From: Chrysomallon squamiferum
Lineage: Eukaryota; Animalia; Mollusca
Reading direction: 5' to 3'
DNA: 64,000 nucleotides
NCBI GenBank assembly: GCA_012295275.1
Contig: CM022667.1
Location: forward strand, 20,398,001-20,462,000
Shown here piece after piece: positions 28,101 to 42,900 of the stretch (position 1 is the first letter of the stretch; every line of letters begins with the position of its first letter). The notes beneath the pieces are model-generated. The model was given only the letters and a program-made list of their open reading frames with translations. It was not told where the DNA came from and searched no databases. Position numbers and translations under genes: made by a program.

Positions 28101-31100
28101 TAGTACTACTATTACCACCACTATCACTAGTACTACTATTAACACTTCTATCACCTGTACTACTATTATCATCAATGTCACTATTATCATCATTATCACT
28201 AGTGTTACTATTACCACCACTATCGCTAGTAATACCCTTAATTACTATTATTACTAATAAAAATATAATAAAAACTAGTATTTGAGACCATTACAGTTAA
28301 ATAAGAATGAGAAACAATACCCTGAGAATAATCTCATACAAGCAGGCAAGACACCAGCTTTAAAAACAAAACCAAATTCATTAAAAATAATAAATAAAGA
28401 AATACATTTTTTTTTTCTCATAATATTTGAAAAAAATGACAATTTATCGGTATAATGTGACATAAATATTTACGAAATCAGGTATCAAACCACCCAACCA
28501 TCTCACGAATGGTCTGAAAATAAAGATAATTAATAATAATAGTAATCATGGGCACGTAAAAAAATACTTAACTTTTTGTTTTATTCTATGCCTTCTATCA
28601 CATTTAGTGTACCCATTACTTTAAACTGAGAGCTGTGATATCTTAAACTTGTTCAGATACAAAGTAAAATCTTAAATTCATCTCCAATCTGCATGATTAC
28701 CCCACATAAAATACTCCAGAATATTTATCATCACGGAATTCAGCTCCCTTCTTTTCTGTCGTTTTATATTTTATGATCCTTATTTCTGGTCGCAGCTTGT
28801 AATAACGGTAGTGAAACTATTCATGATGTTGGCCATTTTTGGTTTTTAATGCCTGATAATGCGTCATGAAAGCGATTTCTGAATAAAGAATTGTGAGTAT
28901 ATCATCACACACTGGTACGTACGTACTGCTGACTCGTGTGTTCATTTTGTTTCATGTTTAACAAAGAAAAAATCACAAATAAATAAACGATGAAACAAAA
29001 CAGCAAAACGACGTTCGTTTAGTACTTACGTTTTAATTTAATCAAATTACAAATATTAAAAACGTGGTAATTTGAAAAAGTAATTTCATTTACAAAAGAA
29101 GATAAGAAAGAAGTAGAAGAAGAAAGAAAGTAATATTTTTAGATCAACTTTGATAATAGTTTTGTTTATTCTTCATCTGATTTTTGTTTTCTGTCGCTTT
29201 ACAATGCTTGTATCATGTTGGTAAAATAAAGAAGTAAATAAAATTTAAATAAATAAGTAAATAAAATGTAAATAAATAAATAAATAAATAAATAAATATC
29301 TAAAGTGAATAATTAAATAAATAACAAAAAAATATGTAGATAAGTAAATAAATAAATATCTAAATAGTTAACTTATTAGGTAATTAAACACAGATATATA
29401 TATATATATATAAAAGAATAAATAATTAGGTGAGTTTATAAGTATGTGTATTATATATTATACTGTATTATATATGTGTGTGTGTGTTTCTGTGTGTGTG
29501 TGTGTGTGTGTGTGTCAGTGTGTGTAGAGTGGGGTGTTATCAATACAGATATTCAAATACATTAATACCTGTATATTTTTTAAATATAATAATTAAATAA
29601 ATATGTGTAGGCATTGAACATTGGAAATACATTGTTGTTAGAAGAATAACTAAATAAATATGCATATTATCACAAATAAACAAATAACTAAACTGTCATA
29701 TCATGGAAGTGTGTTACTAGTAATTATATTTATAGATATTATTTATAAGTATATATTTATTGAAATGGAACATATATGGAGGAACAGCTGTAGAACAAAC
29801 AACAGATGTATTTCATACTCGACTACTTCTTCTTGTCATGACAGAACAAAGCACGGTTTGCAATAATAGGTTAATCAAATCAACTGTGAACAAAACAATA
29901 GTTCGCAGTGTAATAGTATTTCGTTTCGTGCTAACCTCGTTAGATTTTTTTTCACCATTGAAGAAAGTTAACAAGTGCACTGTATTAAATTTAATGTTTT
30001 ATGAAACTGTATTTGACAGTACAAAAACAGTATTTTTCTGGATTATAACTGTAGCATACGATGCGTCGTATTAATTGCCTCTAAATATTGCATTTCATCC
30101 GTGGATCAGGCAAGAACATCACGTGCACGCGCAAAATATTTGTCTTCGTCAGTTTCGCCATTAAAACATGATTTAAAGAGTGATGACGTCACCGAGGTGC
30201 AGACGAAAAATTGTGAGATTTACTTTGTTTTAAGTAGAATAATGGACTCAGTATCGTGATTAACCTAAAGGTCATAAAAGTGATTTACCCGTGCAACTAA
30301 TCGCCAGATTTTGGACATTATCCTATACATAAAATTAATGTAATTTGTTATGAAACTACACTGGAAGACAAATTAAAAGGTTTCGTCACAAATCGTATTG
30401 GAAGTGATCTTCTTGTTTTGCTGTTTTTGCCTTATATAATCTATTTATATTGGTTGATTACTTTCTCTCTCGCTTGTTTTTATTTTTAATTTTGTATTAT
30501 TTATTTATTTATTTATTTATTATTATTTTCTTCTTATTATTATTTTTTTTCTCACTGATCAGATAACAGTTATTATGTAGTAGATATTTAGTCTAGACCG
30601 GAATTTCTCTTATTAGTCACTTGTCACATTTCTGGACTTAAAGATTTTGTTTTTCATTTTCACGTCGGTGTAGGAATCTGAACCCACTCCCCCAAATTAT
30701 GTAGGTCTATATGTTTAAATACAATTTAAACCATAAACTTATAAATTTTAAACAATATTTATTTTTCTTAATTACAACCAAGTGTAGTAAATTTAGGATT
30801 AATGAGTTTTATTATAATACTTAGTATAGTAAGTGAAAATATCTGTGACGAAGGCTAATTGTTCTGCAGATTTTCTGTCTCAATCAGTTTTACTTAAATC
30901 AAGATAACACCCGTAGATATTAATATAATTTAAACATTCCCCAGTTAACACGTAGATATTAATATAATTTAAACATTCCCCAGTTAACACGTAGATATTA
31001 ATATAATTTAAACATTCCCCAGTGTACCAGTGATTAATACTAAAGCAGTGGTTTATTTTTATTAGTACTGAAGTGAATTAAGAAACTCAAAGTACAAATT

Positions 31101-33423
31101 TTGCGAATAAACGTTTAATATTCTAGTTCAGTAAACTAGTAAGTGTCAAAAACCGTTGGGAATTAATTACAAACTGAAAATAATTTATTTGTGCAAGGCT
31201 CTAAAAGATAGCATCGAAGTTGTTCCGATTTGAATAGAAGCAGTTGATAATAATTTATTACTTGACTTGTATCATATTTTACTGTTTATGATTTTGGAGG
31301 CCTCCTCACAATACACACGCACAAACACACCCTCGTAAATACACAAACACCTACATACATACATATAAACATACATACATACATACATACATACACTTCC
31401 ATCCATCCATCCATTCATCTATCCATACAACATTTTAGAAATATACTGGAGCTAATACACAGGCAGTCTAGTTCGGCGAGTTATTTTATCGTTACGGTTG
31501 CACTCTACAAGTTCCCGCCAAGAAAGTAGGTTTATATATGAGAATTCTCTTTGAGTACATTTGGTGCAACATTTGAAGTTTAATCTGTAGTTTGACCGTT
31601 TTAGGATCGGTCATTTTATTTACTTGAGGTCACAACATACACACAACGTATAATCCAATTTTAAAATCACTTGTACGGACGATTTTTACGCATCAGAATA
31701 ATTCCTTTGAAATTGTATTGCAATTCATTTTCGCTAGCAATTTCACGAACTGCATAAATGTCTACTCGTGTCAGACAGAATCGCTGGTTGATATTAGCAA
31801 AGCAGAAGAACCGTCTGACGGCTAAATAAAAAAATAGTAAAATAAAAATAAAATACTTTCAAAACGTTTTTGACTGTTTAATTTAAAGAAACGTTATTTA
31901 ATATTTTGAAAACACTTGAAAGGACTTTGTGTCTGCAGTCTATTAAGTGACGTCATGAAAAGAAGTATATTATGTAACTGTACATTTATTGTTGTTCTTC
32001 GTCATCGGTAAGTCTGATCGAGAAAAACAAAATTTGAAGTATGTAGAATTTATTTATTATTTTCATCGTATCAGCAGAGAGTACATTTTAAAACTCGTTT
32101 ATATCAGAGCGTTTCACGAATTGTATCAGTATATATATATATTTCATTGCGTACATGATGTATAAAATAATTCTGTCTTAATTTATTTTATTCAAAATGA
32201 TGTTATCTTTTAAACATTATTGCAATGCTGGTAATACGTTATAATATACTTATGATCAAATACTTAAACACTTCTATCTTAATAGGCATATACTTCATTC
32301 CAAAATTTCATATATATATATATATATATATATAATTCATTATTATTTGTTAATATTACACTTTTATTTCTTTGTTTTACAAAATTCAGGTTTATTATGA
32401 CTATTCATAATTTTATTTTCATTTATAATGATTTTTCTCGTAGACAGGTTTTACTGTGCGGTGTGGAAGATTTTACATCAGTGTATAACCTGAAATGAAA
32501 ATCTAATACATTTTTTTATTTGTGTTTTAGCTCAGCCCACAGCGGACTGTACATCCATCAGAATCAAGAACGGGACAAACCTTCTAACATAGCCAACCCA
32601 CACAGTGAGTATCTTACCGCTTTTCTTTATACATTATCTCTTCTTGAACTTACATTAATGTAATGTTATTGTTTATGTAAACTGGTACATGTACACTTAT
32701 ATATCTGTCTCTAGATGTAATATATGTTATGTAATATTAGTAATTATACGGATCGCTTTAACTCTTTTTCATTAATGTTGTATGTATCATGTTGACAAAA
32801 CACATAGATACATACATATATTCATATATATGTGTGTATATATATATATATATATACACTGAGCTATGCAGATATATATAATGTATGTATGTATGTATAT
32901 TATTTAATTTTAATCTGTTTAATGTTTACTATTTATATCTCTTTTCAGCTGTTGTATTTCAAATATGTATACAAAATCGCTACAAACTGAACAAGAAATA
33001 CCGGAAGTTGTTACAACAGACAACAACAACACCGGAAGCAACACCGGAGAAAGGTCTTCTAGCACAAACACAGGCTCGTTGTCCTTTTATTCTTTCTGTA
33101 AATCACGCATGTAATCCAAGATAAATGTTTTGTTAATCAACAACGTTAAATATGTCTGATGACATATTGCGTGTCACGATTGCTAGCTGACATCTCATTC
33201 TACACTGAGGAAAATGAGCGAAATGCCTCATACCGAAATTGACGATTACTTTTTTTTTAATATAAACATTTTATTTAAAAATATATAAAATATAAATCTC
33301 TATTCCGATAGAAACGATATCCAGTGAATGAATTCGTTTATGTCTACGGTTACCATTTGAAGTCAACGTTGCGATGAAAGATATAACTAACTTCAAAGAC
33401 ATCAGTTTTTGTCTTATTTCAAA

Positions 33424-33502
<79 letters not shown>

Positions 33503-33614
33503 ATATTACATGTAATCAAAATCAAATCAGATATGACACTATATACCATGACCTCTATTACATTAGTTGTGGAGCCTTGATAATGATGATGATGATGAAA
33601 ATGGTGACAACATC

Positions 33615-33651
<37 letters not shown>

Positions 33652-36600
33652 AATAATAGCAAAAATAACTAAATAACTGAATAAATAAATAAATAAATAA
33701 ATAAATAAATGAACAAATGAACAAATAAATAAATAACTAAGATACAGAGATAAAGGGAACAGTTTAAATACAAGAATTGATTTTACAGCTGGCAGCGGAG
33801 GCCGAGAACGCGGACAATGCAGCAGAACAGAAGAGACAACTGGGAAAACGAGTCCGCTATGGAGAAATAGTTCAAGTACGAAACACTGGGCATTTAGCTT
33901 TACATTTAAATATACAAACAGTTCAAGTACGAAACACTAGACATTTAGGTTTATATTTAAATGTACAAACAGTTCAAGTACGAAACACTAGACATTTAGG
34001 TTTATATTTAAATGTACAAACAGTTCAAGTACGAAACAACAGACGTTTAGGTTTATATTTAAATATACAAACAGTTCAAGTACGAAACAACAGACGTTTA
34101 GGTTTATATTTAAATGTACAAACAGTACAAGTACGAAATAATAGACATTTAGGATTATATTCAGAACAATTTATTTAAATTGACAAATAGTACAAGTACG
34201 AAACAATAGACATTAGGTTTATATTTAAATTGACAAACAGTGCAAGTACGAAACAATAGACATTTAGGTTTATATTTAAGTTTACGAACAGTACAAGTAC
34301 GAAACAATAGACATTTAGGTTTATATTTAAATGTACAAACAAGTACGAAACAATAGACATTTAGGTTTATATTTAAATTTACAAACAGTTCAAGTACGAA
34401 ACAGCAGATGTTTATTTATTTTTATTTTTTTAAATAGTTCGAATATAGCTATTTAGTTTTACAAATAATTCAAATATAGATATTCAGGTTTACAAACAAT
34501 TCAAATATAGATATTTAGATTTACAATATTATTATTATTATTATTATTAATTTTTGTAATAGTTCAGTAAGTAAATGCAGTAATTTTTATTTAATAATAG
34601 CTCAGTAGGACATTAAATATATTTATCAGAATCATTATGTGTGTGCGTGTGTACGTGTTTGTGTTCTCTCTCTCTGTTTCACATTCACACACACATTATA
34701 AATAATCTTGTAATTAGCATAAGGAAACAATAAGCTGATGATTTCAACGATCGCTTGAGAACTAGATGTTGTAGTAGGGTTTTACATGTGTTAATGTTGA
34801 ACATTAAACTATATTTCAGCTAAAACACTATTTCACCAACAAGTACATACACATGTGTACGTCCCAGACCAGCCAGAGAGACAAGAACAACATGATGGTG
34901 AGCAGTAAAATAAAAACTCGTATTACACACTAAATGTGCATCTCTTCAACCAAGCAATATATTTTCCAATCACAAATCAAAATTGGATGTAATATATTTT
35001 TTTTTTTTTTTTTTTTTTAAAGGCAACTGTAGAAATAAAACGCAATCTTATTCTTTTTCGTTTCTTCCACAGTAAAATAGAGTTTATGAGACGTTTTGCA
35101 CAAACTCATTGATAGAAATCTCGTGTTTTGTCAGATGTTCCGTGGAGTGATATACCACTTGATTATTGATCGTTCGGAGTGAAGAACTAATATATCATAA
35201 TTTGCAATCAATAGTGTGAAATGTTGCACAAAACACCTTGATTATCCTCACCGCACACGATCCAGCGGTCTTAGCTCGCGGAAATACAGACACATGCATA
35301 TCACCATAAAAGGAAGTTACGCGATCAATTTGTATTTGATTAGAATCTTGGCTTTTTTTTTAATGGATGTTTTGGCTTTTTCAAGGATCTCCACCCTAAA
35401 CATTATTACTTAATCTAATCAAAGTATCTTTGACGATGATTATACTGCCAGATATCACTCATGTAGCGAGGAAAATCAATTTATATTTCATGTTGCCAAT
35501 TTATCGAGAAATGTAACGGGAAGATCAATGTTTCTACTTACGTGCGTGAGTGCGTGCATGCGCGCGGTTTTCTTTTTATTGTCTACCGTTTCTTTCCCTT
35601 ATTTTTATCATTTACACAGATATGTTAATTGGAGGCTTGATATATATATAAAACTGATGATGATAAGAAAATAATATTTTGCAGAATGATAAAATGAATT
35701 TTAAAATATTCCATCTAGCTGTATTTTTAATTTTATAAGCGATAAAACCATTTCTAATAAAACGAAGAAAATATAAATAACCAAATAAATGAAGCCACAT
35801 TGATGTATTTGTTTAACGATGCATGTTACAAATATAAGATTTTCTTGGAACTGATCTCTATTTAAAAAATGACAAAACTATTTTATTACTTGATAAACTA
35901 GTGGTAACCAGTCATAAACCACAAAAGCAATCTCCAGTCCATTTAGAATGTATTTTACAAGAAATAATGATGCGATTTATTTGTTAAAATATCAACAAAG
36001 CCACATAAATAGATTTGTTTCATCTCTTGACTGTAAGCAGAACTGATCAAATAAAAACACTATTTTGTATATTACTATTTGAACAGATAATGTTACAAGA
36101 CTTCAATGCTAAGAATGCACAGTTCAGAATTCTACCTCAGTACAAAGTCAAATCAGAAGGAGAAGTGGTAAGTGCTTGTGTAGGATGAATGTCTGATGTT
36201 TGGATTTGTACGTGGATGTATTTTTCTTATACACGTATGTCTGTATTTGTATGCATTTTTGTATGTGTCTGTCTTATATTGATTTATTGTCACTGGAATG
36301 TAATAAAAGAATAAGCCAATGAAAATAATACTAAAATGCGTGTGTGTGCGTTTATGTGCGTCTGTGTATTTATTTACTTTGTGTGTGTGTATATTTACAT
36401 ATATATATTTATGCATGTGTGTTTGTGCATTTTGTGTGTATGTGTGTATTTGTATGTGTATGTTTATGCATTTTGTGTATGTATAAATATATATATGTGT
36501 GTGTGTTTATTTATTGTGTGTAGATTTATTTAGTGTGTGTGTGTGTGTTTGTGAAACATAAACCAAAAGTATATATCGACTAATCAGATGGAAGACCATT

Positions 36601-38332
36601 TACATACAATTGCAATAAACGTTAACTTTTTTACTTCGAACAAGACATTAAAAAAAATCCATAATAATTTTAAATTTGAAACATCATACATTTCATTACC
36701 AGGGTAATGTCCTGTAGCACTGAGTTATTATTAGCAATAAAAACATGGAAGAATGAATCTTCGTTAAAATTGCTTCGCCATAATAATAAACATATATCTA
36801 GAATCATAAAAATGAAAACATTAAAGGGTAACGGATTTTTTTTAAAATTAATAATAATTAAAAAAAATATATAATAAGATTTCGAAATGTTTATAATATA
36901 GTGACATGTTTTGAAATGTTTGTAATGTAACTAACAGAACGTGTGTTGTCTGTTTGCAGGTACAAATCTATGATCAGATTGTGTTTGAGAGTATCAAGTC
37001 ACCAGGACACTACTTCCACGCAAGTCAAGGCTTCCAGATTGACCACTTCACATTCGGGTAAAACTACAAAACACATTTCATTATGAAAGTGAACAATAAT
37101 TGAAATGAAATAAAATTAAAAAAAAAAAACAAAAAAAAAAACAACAACCCAAAACGATAAATAAAAACAAATTTGAAAAATACTGTAACACTGTTTTGCT
37201 AACGTCTTTTAAATTCAGAAAACAATAATAACTGTTATAATTTCATATGATTTCGAATTTAAAATATAATCTTCCAAGTACACAAAACTGAAAATACGGA
37301 AATGGTCGTAAGTCAGTAGTTCTTTGTAGATTACTTTACAATACTCACTGAACAAAAAGTAGATAAACAGAAATTAAAGAATGACAGGAAAAAGAACGTA
37401 ATTAATTTAAATCCTTGAATAGGCGTTTTCTTTTCTAATTACACATAATAAGTGAAATAAATAATAAGAAACTGTTTTAATCAAACTATATATTTTTACT
37501 TATCGTAAACTGCCGAGTGCTACTCAGAATCGCTGGCTGTAGAAACAGCCTGAGTATAATAAAGATCAGTTCAGTTCAGTAAAAAAAACTTTGATGTGTT
37601 CGTTTCTGTTGTATTTTCCTCCTCTCGGTCAACAGCGCTTTACTAATAGCAAAGTTTGTCTGACATAACTAGGCACCCACTCTGACACTGCAACAAAAGT
37701 AGAGATCTTTGCACTATAAACCATGAAAGGAAAAATCGATGTTTGCGTTTAACTTTAAATTTGTAAGAACATTTTTCGTTCTGTCTTTATTGATAGTTTT
37801 CAGTGTTTCTTGCTACAAGTTGTCGAAGAAGATTTCTTTTTTAACTTACAAAAACTGATTTTTAAAAAAAAATCATGAAATCTAACTTTTGTTATGGACC
37901 ATTAATGCCGACATTGTTAGAAAACAGTGGTGATGTAATCAACAGTAACAAATATTGATATCCCATTACAACAAGTACTCTCTCGTACCTCTGTATCATC
38001 TGGCTTTTAGCTTCTCCAATTAATTAATTATGTTTAATTGATTGTTACCACGCGTTGCTCATTAAGTGTTCGTTATATGATCAAAACAAAGTGTCGAGTT
38101 TCACTGTTTGTACACTTAACTGCTCTGCATTAAGTTTAACCTTTGACTGGCAGCAATTCAGTAATGCACTTCAGTGGTTTATTGGTACCAAACAAACCAG
38201 CTAATTATTAAATAGCTCTTTACTGCTCATATATCAATTAGGAAAAAGTAATAATATTCCTTTATAGTGTTTGTCGAAAACAAAATATATACCAACAAAA
38301 TTTCTATTCATCAACAACAATTACGAAAGAGG

Positions 38333-38363
<31 letters not shown>

Positions 38364-38518
38364 ATAATAAAAAGTTAAAAAAAAAAAAAAATAAAAAATA
38401 TTTAGGCAAAGAATCATTAATAAAAATATGTTTGAAGATGTCGCCATTATTATATACTGAATGACATTGCTTCTGATAATACCAAATTTTTATTAGTTTG
38501 TAAAAATAAATTCAAAAA

Positions 38519-38561
<43 letters not shown>

Positions 38562-38836
38562 ACAAAAATTAAAAAATCAACACACTGAAAGAATGTAAAA
38601 AATTTCGGGTAAATGGATTTTTGTGTTTAGATTGATTTCAGTTAAAACTGCTTACACTTGATAAACTACATTTTATCAGTAAAAAGAAAATTGATTTTAC
38701 TACACCATCATGTAGAAATGACCAGGATCAGAAATTTATCTTATTTGAAATGACGTGAAATTGTATCCAGTCACTTTGGTTATTACAAAACTTATTAAAG
38801 CGAATTTAAGTCTCAGAACCTGTCATTTTCATTAAA

Positions 38837-38930
<94 letters not shown>

Positions 38931-39309
38931 ATGAAAATAACAAATTAAGTTCAGCGAACTTTTAGCAATATATATAATAAAATACACAGGAAAAGTTACG
39001 AATATATCAGGATCGCCAAAAAAAAAAAAAAAAAAAAAGAAGAAAACAAAACAAACAAGTAAAATAAACAAATGTAGAACATTATTACAATGAGACTATA
39101 TATTTGTTTCAGGTCAGAACTAAATCTTGGAGTAGAGAGGTCTGGCTTCTCTCTGGTCAGGTTTTGTCAGGAAAACCCTGAGATGGAGCTGTACGTCAAG
39201 GTAAGCACGAACATTTTATTTCACAACCAACTCACTTTATTTCTTCCGCGTTTATGATCCTTCTATTTTATTATTATTATTATTACTACTATTGTCATTG
39301 TTGTTATTA

Positions 39310-39347
<38 letters not shown>

Positions 39348-39525
39348 TATAATCATTGTTGTTTTGAACACATTACTGAATGTTTATCTCTCCCTTTTTA
39401 ATTGCATATTTTTTTATATTTAGTTATATTTGTAAATTTACTTCTGCTACTAAAATTTTAGCTATTAACAATGATCTTTACTTAGAGACTTAATTAGTAA
39501 ATAACTGTTTAAACATTTTCAGTAA

Positions 39526-39564
<39 letters not shown>

Positions 39565-39875
39565 AGTTATAATGAGGTTATCAGTTATTTCAAGGCTGAA
39601 TAAAAGGCAAAGTGAATTTTTTATTTTATTATTATTATTTTTTATTATTTTTTTTTTTCCTCCACATTCTATTACTTAATTTCACTACATTTCCACTCTG
39701 CTAGATAAACTGCATGACATAACGATTACTATCTGTTTCAGCATTAGTAAGAACATTGATACACGGCCATGTTTTACAACCTGAAATGATAATAAAAACA
39801 ACATATACGTCATAAAATAGTTTAGACTTTCAGGCAGGGAGAAAGAAAGAGAATTGGAATGAAAAAAACACCCCA

Positions 39876-39911
<36 letters not shown>

Positions 39912-42900
39912 GTGTATATATATATATATATTATTATTACTATTATTACTAAAAATAAAATAAAATTTAATTAAATTTAAAAAATAATAATAAATAAATA
40001 AGTAAATAAATAAGTAAGTAAATAAATAAATAAATAAAAATAAAATAAATAAATAAATAAGTAAGTAAGTAAGTAAGTAAATAAATAAATAAATAAATAA
40101 ATAAAACCAAAGTCTACACTGATATGAACTTACACTTTACAGTCGCTAAAACATTATTTTAATATTATCAATTTTTTATTTTTTATTTATTTTTCAAGAG
40201 AATAGAAATAAAATAAATAGTTAAAGTGGATAACTTTTTTTTTTTTTATTTCTACATTTTAAATATACTTAATAATACACACTGCTTGATAAAAAAAAAT
40301 GGGTAAACTGTTTTCACGTTTTCTTCATGTTCGTGTGTTTTATTTGTTTTCAGCGAGGAATATCGTTTATTCCTAAATATATACAGGTAGCTGTACTTGC
40401 CAACTTTTTGCACTAATTACCAGTGCACTCTTCTATCTGTCCATCTTTATTCATTCTTCTTTGTATTTTCTTCCTAAGCTCTTTCACTGGGTCTTCAAAG
40501 GAAAATCTTCGATGATGATGAATCTCTATTTCATTCAGTTATTAACGGCAGGAAACTGTCAAAGAAATTAATAATAATTAATAACAGCGGAATTCTATCT
40601 ACTGTAACTGAGAGGTTTATTTTAGATTATTTTTAATGATAGCAGTGATTTTTGGAAGCAAAATAATTTTTATTGCTAACCTTTTCTTTTGTTCCTGCAC
40701 TATCGGTAACTGTGCGAAATTTGATTAAGGTATTTTTCATATACCGAACTGGCCAAAAACAAAACTGAACTTTAACGTTTTGTATCTCAAACCATATTTT
40801 AAAACTTTCTAGCAACTGACCGTTCTTGACCGCAGTTTCAAGTTACTATCTAGTATCTCTAGTAATTTGCACGTAAAGCCAAAATCAAAATCGCAGTTCC
40901 AGAAGGAAAGAATGTAAAGTTGAACAGATGATCAAGACGTCATCCATTTTCCCTGCATACTGCTTATAGTCTTTATCCAAGATGTAGCTCTGAATATCTC
41001 CTCTTTTTTCCAGCATTCCTTTACGTCAGTGTTTAGTTTATCCTCAGTGAACTTCCCCATTCGACCTTAGTGTACCTTATCACTCAGTAAATTCTAGACG
41101 CAACAAGCTATCGGATTTCAGTCTAGATTTTATGACCGCCATTTCCCTGTTAGTGGATCCCGTACTTTCAACCTTTTTTTTTTCTTTTATCATTCTGTTC
41201 ACTGATGATGTATCTAACTTTTTCCGAGAAATTTCTTTACGATTCTTGAATCGCGTCAACCTTTTTCAATGAAAAATGTTTTAATTAAGACCTTATCCGA
41301 ACTTCAGACTTTTGGATGAAAACCAAGACTTAAATGGATAAATAATTTGTCCCACTGTCACTACTTTTGTCTATTTACACCGTTTGATTGACATGTGTCA
41401 CTGCTGTCAAACTCAGTGACGTCATGCAGGGTAGCTCCAAATCTGCTATTCTCAGTATCTAATATTGATTTTGGCCGCACGTACTACAATAGTAATTTGA
41501 AATTTTGCCCATTAACACTTTCCGAGATATTAAGTGTTAAAGTTCAGTTAGGCTGTTTTTGGGGGTTGTTTTGTTCCCCCCGATATTTTCAGGAAATGTA
41601 ATAAACATAATTATCTTACGAAACGTTTGTGGTTAAAAAAGTACAAAGTAACAAACGACTTTATACTGTATTGCGATAAAGATAATACTATTAATTCATC
41701 AACTTAGAATACAGTCTCTGTATTGGGGTAGATTAGAACTAAATTAAACTGAACTCTTTCTCTGTTTCAACCAAGTCTGTTGTTGTGTATACTCAGGTAG
41801 CATGAGGACTATATACCCCTTTTTCATTAACCCCGGTGATTATCCACTTTCTTGTAACTGTTGTTAACCCTTTTGACGGCAACCTTTACTTTTCTAGAAA
41901 ACTGGGTTATCCTCGTTTACATTTTAAGTAGAAATTAGCACCCTAATTGTAGTATACTTAATAATTTCATTATGAGAATTAACGTAAAACTGTAACAGAT
42001 TAGCTGAACCAAAATTTGGATTTATTTCTTAAAATTATGACTTTTACCTAAAAATGTCAGATTTTAATGTCTAATTTTTCTTTCAGCTTTTTCTTTTCAG
42101 AATATATGTATAAGTCTTTCTGTAATCAAACAAAATCTAATCCTTAGCTTAGGTTATTAACATACCTTTTTTATAGTTAAAATAATAAAGCCATTATTGA
42201 TATTAAAAAAAAACAACAACACAGAAATAAAATACTTCCATTGTAATAAATATTTAAAGACAAAAAAACATACACTCATATCATAATGAATGAAAATGAG
42301 TTAAAATGTTTAAATTTTAGATATTTTATGAAAAAGGTTTAAAAACACGCTATTGTAGTTAAATGTGTTATTCTAGTTCTGTTTATTACTACAAATTTGA
42401 ACGATCACGTGACGACAGACAAGATCCAATGAGAGAGCTGAAGTGAGGACTGCAGCCATAAACCACGCGGGCACTTCGGCCTAATATATAAACATAGTGA
42501 AGCATGATCATATATAATATAACCAAGCATGAAAATATTATATATTATATATATATACATTATATATTGTATTTTGTGATCTATATATGGTGCCATAACG
42601 CTGGTAATGCACAAATGCATTTTTATCTCAGTATGTTTTCTACGGCTTCAATATTCCGGCTTACAATTATATATGAGTACGTATAGCCAGTCACAGCAAA
42701 CTAAAGCGCACTTTAAATATATTATTTGAAAGGTAAATTTTATGTAATTAATTAAGTATTTACTGAATTGAAAACACAGTTTTATTAGCTTTGTATATAA
42801 TGGCCTTGCTTCAAAACAAATCATAATATAGTGCTCGTTCGTTCTCAACTCACAGTTTAAATAAAATTCAGTTCTGCAGAATATCATATTAGTGTAAAAA

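Noticed and set aside
27880-28260. Hydrophobic V/I-rich ORF 28035-28220
   Set aside because: Degenerate (ACT/ATC) trinucleotide tract
37344-37375. Tc1-TIR-like string tactcactgaacaaaaagtagataaac
   Set aside because: No partner inverted repeat or transposase remnant found
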